In this document: one piece after another, positions 39,494 through 52,755 of the stretch | Layout of the letters: the number at the start of each line of letters is the position of its first letter | Numbering within the stretch: position 1 is the first letter of the stretch | Source of the DNA: Balanoglossus misakiensis | Taxonomy: Eukaryota; Animalia; Hemichordata | NCBI GenBank assembly: GCA_040954595.2 | Contig: CM082584.2 | Location: 1,474,281 to 1,538,280 of the forward strand | DNA length: 64,000 nt | Reading direction: 5' to 3' | Program-made: the position numbers and the translations under genes | The notes under the pieces: generated by a model | Database searches by the model: none | Told to the model about the DNA's origin: nothing | The model's input: the letters and a program-made list of their open reading frames with translations, nothing else

Positions 39494-39842
39494 AGGGACA
39501 AAGTTTCTCTCACTCGCTGCCCTTTTTCCATTAACTATGTTTGATACAAGACACTGTTTATGTTATTCTACATGTGGATATATAGTGAATCAACATTCAA
39601 CCACGCACAACTTCCATCCCGTTTGTAGGATATGAGAGTAAAAATATTGCCAAAATGAATAAACGGTAGAGACCAATTATTCATTTTGGCGAGTTTTTTC
39701 ACTCTTGTGTCTACAAGTGGGATGGAAGTTGTTTGTGGTCAAACGTTGTTTCAATATATATCCACATGTAGAATAACATAAACGCTGTATTGTATCATCA
39801 TAATTCCTGGAAAAAGGGTAGCGAGAGAGAGTGTTTGTCCCT
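39494..39842. mobile_element. TTAA-flanked MITE, AGGGACAAA family (further copies 40245-40520, 50633-50923, ~51717-52013, relic ~36322-36376)
   Basis: TTAA-AGGGACAAAGTTTCTCTCACTCGCTGCCC...GGGTAGCGAGAGAGAGTGTTTGTCCCT-TTAA, with a near-palindromic body shared among the copies. Confidence 0.88.
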
Positions 39843-41899
39843 TTAAAACATTGTTCTCTTGCATCATGAATCCTTGATTGCCTCTTCATTCAAACAACGT
39901 CTTGATCAATTTGAATGCGTTACCTACCTGCCCAGTAATGTACATGAAAACCTCTCATTGTAACTGCATCATCACTCTTAATGTCAACTCTCATCATACT
40001 TTTGGAAGATATGATGACATTGGGTAACTCCATCCCAGAAAATAAAGCAAGTCTGAGGGCAGGGTTCAGTTCAGCGCCATCGTATACAGACACTTGATCA
40101 GCCCCATCTTCTGTTGCAAAGGAGATAAACGGAAAAGATATAAAAAATAGCATCAAAGACACTTTGCTCCTATTTGATATGTACATTTAAATGTGACATA
40201 CCGTACAATCATAGTGATCACAATTTCCTACACAAAACCATTAAGGGGCAAAGTCTCTCTCTCTCTCGCTGCCCCTTTTCCATTAATTATCGTTTGATTA
40301 TCGTTTATGTTATTCTAGATGTGGATATATAGTGAATCAACATTCCATCCCGCTTCATTTTGGGCGAGATTTTTACTCTCATATCCTAAAAATGGGATGG
40401 AAGGTGTGTGTGGTCGAATGTTGATTCACTATATATCCTCATGTAGAATAACATAAACGGTGTCTTGTATCAAACATAATTAATGGGAAAAGGGCAGCGA
40501 GAGAGAGAGACTTCGTCCCTATAAGGACACCTTTAGCATTGATGAGGTAATATAAGAATACATCTGATAAAGAATATTTTCACATCCCAATAAACCAAAA
40601 TCCAAAACAACTGGAAGAGCCGTTTCTGACATAAGTGGACTTTTGGACCAAAAATGTCTAAAACTACCCACCCCCCTCCTCCCCAGTATTGATATTTGTC
40701 ACATGTTTATGTACACCATAATAACAAATATTGTAGGTCCTTGTAAACCAAATTTTAAGAAATCGGAAAAGTGACTACTGAGAATTGACCAGAAATGACA
40801 AAAATAAAATGTATTTTTAAAAATATAATTACTAATTTTTGTCATGCTGTAAAACAACTCACACGATTAATTGCATCTGAATCCACTACCTGTAAAGTGA
40901 CAACAAATTCTGTTGTGAATGATGCCAGCTGTCAGTTACAATCTTCATTGTTGAGATAATTCTTGCCTTCAAAATATTCTGTACTGCTGAGATTCTGTTT
41001 ATATGACTGTGCTATGAAATTCCCACCACACAAAGAATACACTGAAAGAAAGAAGAAGTCATCTTAACAGAAACACTTCACAAACAGGACATCAGCAAGA
41101 TCACAGTCGAGGTAGGGCAAATATTGCCTACATGTGCAATCTATAATGTTATACCAGGTTCACGTAGGGTAAAATTCGAAACGTTTCAGAGACACTATTT
41201 GCCTAAGGTAAACACAGAGCATTAATGCTTTTAGTTGCCTTGTGTCCACACATGCAAAGTTTATGTGTAGTTCGCGAAAAATTTATCGTTTGCGAAAATT
41301 TCCAGTTTTACATTATGTATAAAACTTGGTATTACCTGCTTGCCAAGATGCTTCAAAGCCAGTAGCAGTATGCGAACTATCTGAGAGAAATTTCACCAAC
41401 ATTGCATTACCACTGCTAATAACTTCATCAGGCTGGTCCGGTCCACTGTATGTGGCAAGAACTTTGGATGGGTCAAACACAGACACCTCGACAATGACAA
41501 CAGTATCATGATAAAGTTCAGTGTCAAAATGTAGAAACTGAAAAGAATAAAAAATGTCACAACACACATCATAAATAGTGAGCTGTCTCAAGCCAATATA
41601 CATGAAAATAAACACAGTTTCATGACTTAAGCCCCATTAGCTGTAACTTTTTGCATTTTTCAGTATTTCTATTCTGTGTATCAATTATAGTTTCTTGTTC
41701 AGCTACGCAGGGCAGAGTTAAATCCATAGTCTTAACTTCTCAACGAAACCTATGAGGGCACAATCGGCATTGTTGTTGTTTGAAAACATTCGTAAATAAT
41801 AACAACAGTCAGTACACATACACATGACTCGTTGACAAGCAGAGAGCTGGGTGTGATGGGTTACTCATGAGGAGAGGAACAAGAAAAAGTGTTTAATTT

Positions 41900-42560
41900 A
41901 AATAATAACACATGATAGCGAGGGCAATATCACGATTTGAAGCCTGCATGAGGGATGGTGATCTCTGACCATAATATTGATGATGCCCGAGCCGCAGGCG
42001 AGGGTATCATCAATATTTTGGTCAGAGATCACCAGCCCGAGGGCAGGCTTCAAATCGTGATGTTGCCCGAGCATAATGTGTTATTAATTTTATTACGCCG
42101 AACATTTGAACGTACATACACTGCAGCATGTAGCATGTAGACTCGCGTCCATATGTCGTACGTTGCTGAGAATGTAAAATGTCTCGATCTCCCAAGAATT
42201 ATACGATACCTACTTCGAACTTAGATTATTTTGAAAATACTGCGCTGTTGGTTGCGATTTTGGTGTATTTACTGCCCGTTTGCAGTAAAATATCATCCAG
42301 TAGAACAGGTGTTAAGCCTGTGTGTCGCTTTGAAGCCATATAGATGCGGGAGTTGACTGATCGTGAAGGAAGCCATTGAACGACAGTTTGGAACGCGCAG
42401 AAGTCGTGCCCAGAACACCAAAACAACCAAGTGGGCAATATCAGCGCACGCGACAGGGCTTTATCAACTCTAGCCATGTTATATCACTTTTTTTTCTATA
42501 TCACGTGAGCGCGTCTCAGCCAATCACGAAAACGGTATAATACGTGAGGTGTAATAAACA
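41900..42560. mobile_element. Non-autonomous repeat with a long internal palindrome (possibly Crypton-type)
   Basis: Hairpin at 41922-42068: GGGCAATATCACGATTTGAAGCCTGC...GAGCCGCAGGCGAG...GCAGGCTTCAAATCGTGATGTTGCCC. It is followed by a TTTATTAC...AGCCAATCA...GTAATAAA segment. The family assignment is inference. Confidence 0.5.
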
Positions 42561-43737
42561 CAAAACAAAATTACTGATAAACTAGCCTGAAGTTATAGAT
42601 AATGGCCCTTTAATTCAAAAGTTTACCAAAAATCATGTTTGTTATAAGGAAGAAAAAAATCAAATTATTTTTTTTTTAGTTGAAATGAATTTAAATCTAA
42701 TACATGTGTCTGTTTTTTTTTAAAGTGTTTGTATGTCGAATGGACGGGAAAAGGTGTTTTGTATAGGCAGGTTTCCAGATTAGACAGAGTTAGTGGTTTA
42801 TGCAAGTTTTACTGTAAAAAATAACTGGTTTTGGAATTTGACAGTTTACAAGTGAGCACTTATTCTGGATGTTGCAGGTCCCTGGATTGTCCAAATACAT
42901 TCTTGTAGAATGTAATAATTATCATCTGGGTATCCAGTGCTGTGAAAGGTCCCCGATTCACCAGTTTCCAAACCACCACATGTTCCTGAATATCATTAAA
43001 ATAAAAAGAAAGAGTATGTTTGTGTGATGAATGGTCATAAAGATTCAGCTCATCAAGTTGACGAAATTTCATTGATGATAAAATTACTTCACCAACAGTG
43101 AGTATCCAATGTACATGTATAAAACAATGTTTGTATTAGTATAAATCAAATGTAAAAATTTTGAAACGACATTTATCACACCCGAAAATTCCAAGAACCG
43201 CATATTATGATTCTCTAAGCTCAAACTATCAGTGTGACAGATGCCAGATTCTTAAAATACTTGGCCCAGTTTTGTTTCTGATTTATATTTATGACATACT
43301 GTAAAACAGGAAATTTTTCATGATATCAAAAGTGGCAACTGTTATGCGATGATTGATTTTCGCATTCTCATATTTCACGGCATTGCTATCTTCGAAAAAC
43401 ATTTTGACACAACTTGTTTATTTTCGCGTTTTTTTGGCTCTCGCATAGTTCGCAAAAATGTATCGCTCGCGAAAATTTCCTGTTTACAGTACAAAATTCT
43501 TTGAGGATCAGACTTTCTGCTGACAGTTCAAAAGTAGTCTTTAGTTGCAAAGGAGATGATCATACAAATAACCATACAATTAATGAGTGGAATTATCTAG
43601 CGACAACTGGCCTCAATTTTGAATTTCAAATATAACACCATTCTGCACCCAAGGAGACATCACATGATCTGATCCCCCTTGTTTAACTTTTAGTGGTGAG
43701 CTCTTCCAAGTATATCTTGTATTGCTTAGGGGACTCT

Positions 43738-44036
43738 AACTCTCTCTCCTTCCCTCCCTTCCACCCCCTCCCCCTCCCTCTCTAGCTCTCTCCCTCCCCT
43801 CTCCCGCCCCTCTCCCTCCCCTCTCCCGCCCCTCTCCCTCCCTCCCACCCCTCTCTAGCTCTCTCTCCCTCCCTACCCCCCTCTACCCCTCCCTCTCCCT
43901 CTAGTTCTCTCTCCCCCTCTCCCTCACTACCACCCTCCCTCCCCTCCCTCCCTGTCACTCTCCAGCTCTCTCTCCCTCCCCTCTCACTCTCCCCTTCCAG
44001 CCTCTCCCTCCCGCTCTTTTGCACACACTCTCTCTT
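43738..44036. repeat. CT-rich (polypyrimidine/polypurine) low-complexity tract
   Basis: About 300 bp of CTCCC/CTCT runs; the minus-strand G/E/R-rich ORF is an artefact. Confidence 0.95.
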
Positions 44037-45643
44037 AGTATATATATTGGGAGGTGACTACAGCAGTGCGAGAAAAGTAAAGACCTGATGCGAGTAAGGG
44101 AAGATTCTAGCTGATTTGAATCAGACTTACCTTCAGCACAAGCTGCTACTTCACACATTGACAGACTGACATCATCACATCTTGCATGATACAATGGGTA
44201 ATTATTTTCAAAGAGGTTTAACCTCACACATTGCCCAGTGGAGGCATCAGGTTCTGTGTCTGCCCATCGACCATCAAAGACACTACCTTTCCTGCCATCT
44301 GAATAATCATATTCCACACTGCCATCTCGATTGGGTCCACTAAATCCTATAAAATGGAAATAAAGAAAGAAGATGCATACAGCAGTGTTTCATCCAGGAT
44401 GGGGGGGGGGGATATGTCCCCCTTTGCTTGAATAGTTGCACTCTTGCAAGGAGGGGAATGAGTGACATCGCTGAGTCTGTAAGGGGCACCATTTCCCCCT
44501 TGACAAATTTCTAGGGGGGTGCCAACATGCTGACAGTGGGCGAATTCCCTCATCCCTCCATCTGGATGAAAAACTGCATACAGAGTCACTTAATAGCAAG
44601 ATTTTGTGAGGTTATTGAGATGTAAAAAATAGGCTTTTCAATTACCATCTTGAGACAATTATCATTCAAGTGTTACTATGCAGTGCTTACTTGTAAACTG
44701 TCAAATTCCAAAACCAGTTATTTTTTACACTTGATACACCCACAAATTATTTGGGAACACTGACAAACACTGTTAAAAGACACACTCACCAATCCAACCA
44801 TGGTTCGCTGTTTCATTGGAAGTCTCTTCAATCTGGTTTACAATCTCTGCTCCAGCATAACGATTTTCAGAATAACCCTCAATTACTGTCAAGTGCCCAC
44901 CATAAAATCTGAAAATAAACCAATTTATAACACATCAAACATGTTCCAAACTAATTTCGAAATTCCAGTCCGTGAATAATACATTTCCTCTTTGAAAACA
45001 TTTAATATTGGTGAATAAGAGGTTCATAAATGTATAACATTAGATTTTTGTTTGTAAAGTCTATATTTTGTGTTACACCTTTCCAATAAGTGTGTGATTA
45101 GTGTAGATTTCGGCAGAATTTCTGGGAAAAAAGAATCTGTGAAAAATTCACCTGAATTTTGGGGAGAAAAAAAATTGCTGAACGTTTCCTTTGAATAAAA
45201 AAGTTCAGCTTATTTCTTTTAGAGAAAACATGACAATTTCCAGGAAATGGCTGTTGTTTTTTTTTTTTGGTGTGAATAAACTTAAAAGACAAATTCTGAT
45301 ACAGTTGCATCAAGGTGATGGAAGAAAATCCCAGATTAACAGGATATTTGGAGAATTTATCCAGAATTTCAAAATTAGTTCGAAATGTGACATTGTGTTA
45401 TCAATGATCTGTGTTGAGCAGTCGAACGATGAACGGGTAGTTGACAATTCCCACGAGCACACCCGTATCTTTCCTCGGTAGTTGCGCCGGGCCGGTCGGC
45501 AATGTAACAGAAAAAGTGGTACGATATGCCAGCTGAGCCGTCGCTAGTCTACAATTCCGAGTCTACAAGGCCGTCTCTAACTAAAAATTATAATAACTAT
45601 CGAGGTACGTGACAATTATATCAGCGAATGTGGGGCTGGGGGT

Positions 45644-45958
45644 TGCTGCAGTTTGCAGCCCCTCCATCTCCCCTGGACGATATTTGTTTTTGCGGGGCTG
45701 CAGGTCCCAGCTATTCTAAACCGCACAACGAGCGACCGGGATTTGGGCCCGGAGCGAATTTCTACACTCCAGACGTCTCCAGTCCACAATTTTCCACAAT
45801 TTTTTCGCCAAATCGGTCCCGGAACCCATACAGCGCTTACCTGGCAAAGGATGTCGCGGTATTTGTCGATTTTGCCTACGTTTTCCCCAGTTATTCAACT
45901 TCAATCGGCAAAACCAAAACTCGTTCAGGGGAGATGGAGGGGCTGCAAACTGCAGCAA
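45644..45958. mobile_element. GC-rich MITE-like element with ~35-bp inverted termini
   Basis: TGCTGCAGTTTGCAGCCCCTCCATCTCCCCTG(G/A)ACGA is mirrored at 45921-45957. TSD not resolved. Confidence 0.7.
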
Positions 45959-48900
45959 GGGCTGGGGGCTGCAGGCAGAATATATGACCAAAGGATACGC
46001 GTGAAAAAAAGACAATTACCTACTTTGCTACCGTGGGTCTTTGACTAATTAAAACATGATAACGTGCATCAAAGCCAGCCGATGCTTCAGGGGCATAGTA
46101 TTCCTGAGTTTATACGCGAAGAAACCAAGAAATATTCATGAGTATGTAGACGGAACTTGTCTTTTAGCTCAAATTTGACCTGGCTTGAGGTCACTGTGAC
46201 AGCGCAGCCAGCGGTAGAATTGGGGTAGGCATGAAGAACATATCTACTACAAAAACTGGTGAGGGCGGGGGGGGGGGGGAGATGGGGGGGGTGGGGGCTT
46301 TTCAGTTTAGTCACGGTCCTTGGTTTTGGCCTTCGGCTTCACTAGAAAAGCCAAAAAACCACAATGCCGAAGGCCAACTCGTCGAAGCACCTGGTACGTC
46401 TATGGCAGAAGTCAGTATTTACATGTTCTGACTCGGTACACGCCATGCACTTGCCAAGAGATTCCACGAGGAATACCATGATGATGAACGGCTCGGGCGT
46501 CTTCGTGTGCACGAAGACACGATACTAGACTTCATTGACCCTGTCTCATTCTTTTCTTTTCATGCGCATAAGGACATGAAAAGTCGACCTAACCTTTTGT
46601 TTTATCACTTACTGTGGTTTTATAGGGATGCTGTGAGTGAAAAAGTGGCACATTCGGGTTGTTGCCTTATACTTAATTTCTCCATTTCTATTGGAGCAGG
46701 CTACACCGGGCCCAGGGTCGAACTTAAACCAATTTGCAGCCGTGATGGTCGAACAATGTCCGACAAACTTTAGGCACGTCAAGCTTATGCCTTCCTGGGT
46801 CGCCCGACAAGAATGAACTTCTATTTTAACGATAGGGCCTATTCTAATCGATACCCGCCGTATCAGTCACGCAATAATGAACACGAAATCCAGATCCCCC
46901 AAAATGATGTTTCACTAGACTCGGGGAGAGTGCTGTTTAGTACCAACAGGCAATTAAAGGTATACGGTCACCTATGGAAAATTAGCTATAGTTACCATGG
47001 CAAATTGAGATGTAGCCAATCACAGATTTTTAGTGGGTGGCACACGCGAAAAAAGAGCGCCGCCATATGTTCTCATCTCAGCCATATATGGTCCTATGTA
47101 ACCACCTCATGTCATTTACAGAATTGGAACACCCTAAAGAATGTCATGCAGACAATGTCACGTGTTGTTCCATGACCAACCAAACAACAAACTCATGTCC
47201 AAATCAATTAAATTCCAAAGAATGCTCCAAATATGCAGAATTGCCACGCAAGTCGAGCATACTTAAGCACTCTGCACAACTGAAACATAAAATCCAAGCT
47301 TTTAACAATACAACAATAAACAATCCATTCTGATCGAATTAATGACCAAATAAAACGAAAAACACAACTCGACCCACAAAAAGTATACGAAGCGCTTTTA
47401 ATCGCTCATTAATGTTTGATCTCGAGGAGACGTGTTAAAAAATCCGCTATGAAAAGCAGGGGAGAACAATAGCCTATTTTTACCAGGTAAACAAACACCA
47501 GGTAAAAATCCACCCATGCTTCCAGACCGCTCTAGGATAGTGATCCACCCAATGAAACTGTATCTCTTTAACTTTAATTTGCAAACTCGTGGAATTGATC
47601 ATTTTATAAATCGCTCCATTTTGACGTTTTCTCTGTGGTTTGTTAATACGAATTTTGTCTGTGCCAAATCTGTCCTCTAATACTGTCACTTGTATTAGAG
47701 TTCAAATAACACAGAAGTATAATACAACGTTTTGAAAAAGACAGACATTTTTCGTGGGAACGGTGATATACTTAGGCCACACTCGAGCTAAAAACAAAAG
47801 TCTATATTTTATCAAAAATGCCTTGGACGCACAAACATCTACAGGATGTGGAAGGGGCGGGTCAAAACCGCGATCTACAACTGTGCCTCCCCCCCCCCCC
47901 CCGGCTGTCTTGCTTCTATTTGGAGTGTCAATGTGTGATTTAGCGTTGTTTGCGGCAGATACTAAGCTTTGTTCTTGTTTCACTCCATTTGCTGCATTGT
48001 GCTGTGCTCTGGTATTTCTCCAGGGTCTACGGTTACACTATAGGCTGATTAGTCGTATCTTTACTACACAGACAAAAAACTTCGAAGCTTTATGTCTGTG
48101 CCTTTTATGAACAAGCATCGTCCGATTCGAATTCGACTCGTCATCGGTAGCTATGTTTATTTCGCCCTTGGAGACCTCCCCTGGCCTCGTTAGGATGACT
48201 GTTACCAGGACTACCTTAAACCAATCTTTTCGAACCGGACGGTACACACGACATGTCTATGTTAATTGTCCAGGTACCAGAGTGTACGTGTGGGCTCCCT
48301 AAACCCCTCATTGGCGGCCGGTCCCTGTCCGAATAAACACGTTTGACAGACAAAAAATGATGAACAAGTGGCTTACTTCAATACTTCGTTAACTAGACGG
48401 CTGAACTCTGAATGTTGATTCAGCAAAAAAAATGTGTTTACGGCAAGGTTTTGATCAATACGACACATTTACCATTGAAAACGCCCAAAGTAAGTGGGGG
48501 CGTTTGACCATCAATCAAACCCACGGCCAGGTGCATGTGAACGGCCGAAGCAGTGTAACGTTTCACATTCCGTGCAACGTCCGACACTGTGTGAAAGCGG
48601 TTGCTGTCGGGTGGCTTGACCTAATTTTCGTACATTGATATGCATTTGACACCTCACTACCTGTTTTCTTAATATTGCTAAAACTTTGCGTTGAAATATC
48701 ACTGAAATGTTGATGATCCACGCACAAGTCGTCTACCCCGGCATGAAAAGCTTTTATACAAGAAAACTAATTGCACATGACCACCAAGGTCATACCGCAA
48801 GGTGTGTCTAAATGTCAAGGAAGGACATTGGGAGGGGGGACTTGGGTCGAGAACGACCATGACGGAGGAAAAACCGACAAGTCATTGTGTAACCTGTTTA

Positions 48901-49639
48901 CTTGCCAATAGTCAAACGTCAAAATTTACTCTCAACTTGGTTGCAGATCGAGTCTCCCGAATTTCCAACTTTTATGATTGGGTAAATACCGATATGCGAC
49001 TGGTATGCGACGCGTTGACGACGCGAAGATTTTGTTGAAATCAAATGGTTTGTCAAATGTCATCTCACAGTGGAGATACCGTGGTCATCTGACATGAAAG
49101 GGTTCGATTGGGTCTGACCGCCGTCGTTCATCCATGCTTAGAAAGCGGCGATCATGGTACAATGTAAAACCAAGGTCAAACCTTACTGAACACATGTATT
49201 GCATGGAGAAACTTTTCTCCCTGTCTGTGTACTGAACACGTACCGTGATTGCCATAGTTACAAACGTTACCACGAGAGAGAGAGTGCATTTTACATCTGT
49301 CTTTTCAATTTTGTTGCTTTCTTACTATTCGGAATGATGGAGTCGAAACGAAAACTTTTTGCTTCAGGTGGACCTAGGGGAAATACCTTATTTGTGACTT
49401 TTTTCATGACCCTAAAAAGACGTCGGAATTAATGTGGCTGAGGTCACTCAGGACGACGGAATGGTTGAGCGATTTTATTTTATGAGCTCCCACTAGTATT
49501 TGTTTTATTGTTTCGGCAGTGTGTCGCGTTATTCGAGCAATCTGCAGTCTGAAAACGAACGGTTTTCAAAGTTTATAACAGAAGAACAGGGGTTTAAGCA
49601 TGAAAGGTCCTGTTGTCTCCCTCGCTGTGTTTGTGTCAC

Positions 49640-49850
49640 TGTGTCTTTGACGTCTGACTGACTGATTAACTGGCTGACTGACTTACTGACTGTCTGTCAA
49701 CGTCGGTCTGTCTGACTGTCTGCCCCCTCTCTCTGAGAGAGAGAGTGAGCGAGCGAGCGAGCGAGCGACCGATGAGTGTCTCTACTGATGAATGTTGCTC
49801 TGTCTGTCTGCTTGTGTCTGTCTGCCACTCTGCCTGTTTCACTCTGTCTC
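49640..49850. repeat. Compound microsatellite (GACT/GTCT/GA/GAGC)
   Basis: CTGACTGACTGA..., CTGTCTG..., GAGAGA and (GAGC)n runs. Confidence 0.8.
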
Positions 49851-52755
49851 TCCTAATTTCTTTAAATTTAGGGATATGCTATTAATGCGATATGAAAGTC
49901 AGACACGACGGAAACCTTTTATTCTCAAAACTGTCTGTTGTTTGCTTTTAAATATTGCAAAAGGTTAAGGGCCCTTTTCGCACGAGACACATGGCTTTGC
50001 AGCCGTAGCTCCCAATGTCATAACGATTACCCGAACTACCCTAATTTTAGCCCGCCGACCCAAAACAGTTTAGATCTTCGTAAACCGGAAGTAAAAATAA
50101 CGATGTCAAATATACAACAATTCATGAAAATTGCGAGAATCACGCAAGAACTATGATGTCATTCTTCTACACTACGACGGCCAAAGATATAAAAAAATTG
50201 AAAAATAAAAAAATGTCCCTTTCTACCTACCCTATTTTTGAAAACCATGTAATCGGAATAGCACATATTAGTTTTTTTGGCCTGAGACATATCCAATTTC
50301 CCAACTGAACATGACACGTGATCAAGCATTTTCGACTTATCAGATGCAATCGCTGAACACCTCACACTAAGCGAGGTTTTGTCTGTCTTTATACGCGCCC
50401 TTTGTATTTGTGCGTGACATGTCCAAGCCTTGTTAGGATCTCCCATGAAATTCTACTCAAATGATGTATACTTTCATACTTACGACTGACAGGTATTTTC
50501 AGCGTTGCCAGCTGATTGTTTGTCAGGTACCGCTTTATAACAAGACGCCCCTCTGAGTTGATAACCTGCAATGTAACATCATTCAATTGGTCTAGTCATG
50601 TTAGCATTAGTAAAATGCTTCAAAAGTGTTAAAGGGACATGATACAAGACACCGTTTATGTTAGTGAATGAACGTTCAACCACACACAACTTCCATCCCG
50701 CTTGTATGATACGAGAGTAAAAACCCGCCCGAAATGAATAAATGGTAGAGACCGTTTATTCATTTTGGCGACTTTTTAAAACTCTCGTGTCTATACAAGC
50801 GGAGTGGAAGGTGTGTATGGTTGAACGTTGATTCACTATATCCACATGTAGAATAATATAAACGCAGTCTTGTATCAAACATAATTAATGGAAAAAGGGC
50901 AGCGAGAGAGAGACTTTGTCCCTTTAATGAATACAGCCACAATGTTCTGTTTATATCTACTGACGGACCAGGCATGGATTGTCACGTATAATTCTTTGAA
51001 ACGTTTGGTCCTCTGAAGAAATCTGAGCACTCATCTACTCAGTTTGCTTATTTTGTCTTCCTCCACCAGTCAGTGGTATCGTCCGATTTGATACTCCACT
51101 CTAAGCCTCTTTCTGAATGGCTATTTAAGTTGTGATCTGTAAGTCTTAAACCTTTCATCACCCCCCCCCCCCCGTTTCCTCTTTAGAGGTCCAACATTAC
51201 CATATAAAACAATTGGTTTTGACTGAACCATGTTGGTGAAAGGGCTAGGGTCAATTCAACTTACCTTCTGGACATTCATATTTCACAAAGGGTGTTCCAA
51301 ACAGTGCTCCAAGATCCAATTGCTGTTACAAATAAACAATAAGTTAGCTGCCAGTACACTCAATGATGTACGCGCAGAACGTCAACTGGTAAAGAGTGCG
51401 CCTGTGTCTCTTCCCATAGGAGTACATGGAGAATAGTTAGAAAACTCCCTTCTATTATTGTCATTTTCAGGAAATTTTACACATAGCTCCGACAAATCAA
51501 AATAAATTCACCACGGTCTATTTTGAGATAAACTTTGTTCAATATTGTATCCATAGGCAAACCATTGGTAGAAAATGCTGACCGTCAGCAGTTTTCTTCA
51601 ATTATCGACTAAATTCACGGCCTTGTTTAAAGTCGAAAACAAGTGCAGTGACCCAAAATGGATTTTCATTATACATACAAATCAGAAACGAAAATCCACG
51701 ATTAAAAGAAATGACAATACAAAACACCGTTTATGTTAATGTAAATGTGGATATATAGTGATGCAACGTTCAACCGCACACACCTTCCATCCCGCATGTA
51801 GACACGAGAGCGAAAACTCGCCAAACTGAAAAATCGGTCTCTACCATTTATTCATTTTGGGCGAGTTTTTACTCTCATATCATACAAGCAGGATGGAAGT
51901 TGTGTGTGGTTGAACGTTCATTCACTACATATACACATGCCCATTAATATAAACGGTGTCTTGTATCAAACATTATTAATAGAAAAGGGCGACGGGAGAG
52001 AGAGTTTGCCCCTTTAAGGCGACATGATGCATGAAGTGGCGAGAGATAAACGCGACTGACCACCGCATTAAACACTGTCAAGCAAGGCACTTCAAATGCC
52101 AATTGTTTAAGTGTGTACTAAGTAATAGCTTCATGTACCATGTCCTGGGGGGGGGGGGGAGGGGTCAAATCACAACAGTTAGACATGTACGAATATGAAG
52201 AGACGATATCAGTTTTTTCATGTCTTCCTTTAGTAAACAATCTTTTTTGAACTTTGTATAGAATTCATTGAACTTTACTTTAGCTTATGAACTCTCATTT
52301 GCACATCGTCATCTTGAAATTGTGTCGACTTTATCATAAGGTTTTTATAACTCAACTAGGTCGCAAAACCTATTTAAGTTAGTGAGAATAGGACGTTCAC
52401 CTTTTGGGTTGATGGCTACAGACATTAATCCTGACTCATACACATGTTGCAGCCAGTATACTCTGCAGACATTGGACACAATAGTTTTACTAACCATTGA
52501 ATTTTATTGGACCATCAAGTTTATTGACCCATGACGTTCATATAGATTGTATGACACGACTGACGCTATAATCGGTCCATACCTTCGGCGAGCCAAGTGT
52601 TTTATAACATCATAAGATATTAATACCTATCACCCAGTCAAACGATTTCAAGTTATACAATTTCCACGCCAATAGGACGCCTTTAGGTGGAAATGCAACC
52701 AGATATCCTGAATAGGAAAATATTCCGGGTATCTGTCAAGTTTAGTCCCATATTT

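Larger units (their letters stand above)
37338..42985 (-). pseudogene. Three CUB domains (6 exons) of the uif-like gene, with two nonsense and two splice lesions
   Basis: TCGG...SGTFHSTGYP...CIWTI / FDTELYHD...KFLSDSS...GFEASW; LCGG...YLNNEDCN*Q / FATEDGADQVSVYDG...SDDAVTMRGFHVHY; GCQG...GTIQSPGY...CSWLI / VYNG...SD*VI...FRSS...KGFRASF. Confidence 0.85.
24571..51322 (-). pseudogene. uninflatable/SP1070-like multidomain extracellular protein gene (CTL-CUB3-Sushi4-EGF2), disrupted
   Basis: Exons 51322-51265 (ECPEG), 50565-50484 (SCYKA...NTC), 44908-44790 (GGHLTVI...GWIG), 44346-44131, 42985-~42852, 41537-41336, 41041-40890, 40129-39928, 38359-38175, 37521-37338, 36601-~36500, 36256-36077, 26559-26377, 26066-25884, 25406-25278, 24756-24571. 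The last EGF carries the uif-type insert YANNGTGGFYLPPGETG...FNQSCV. Lesions: TGA at 40932-40934 and 37456-37458, lost donor at ~42852, acceptor CCG at 40130-40132, frameshift near 36555, MITE truncation at 36500. Confidence 0.85.
44131..51322 (-). pseudogene. C-type lectin domain exons (4) of the uif-like gene
   Basis: Spliced: QLDLGALFGTPFVKYECPEG/YQLRGASCYKAVPDKQSAGNAENTCQS/FYGGHLTVIEGYSENRY...HGWIG/FSGPNRDGSVEYDYSDG...WADTEPDASTGQCVRL...ARCDDVSLSMCE. Phases 1, 2, 1 match; GT-AG throughout. No signal-peptide exon was found. Confidence 0.8.

Noticed and set aside
37456-40934. In-frame TGA codons as selenocysteine or readthrough
   Set aside because: One replaces a conserved Trp (TGG>TGA), and the gene also has frameshift, splice and insertion lesions. 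Pseudogenisation is the simpler explanation.
43782-44024. G/E/R-rich 80-aa ORF
   Set aside because: It is the translation of a CT-rich low-complexity tract.
45400-50400. Numerous 60-130-aa ORFs in a CpG-richer intronic stretch
   Set aside because: No recognisable domains or consistent splice chain; the region contains MITE-like inverted repeats and microsatellites.
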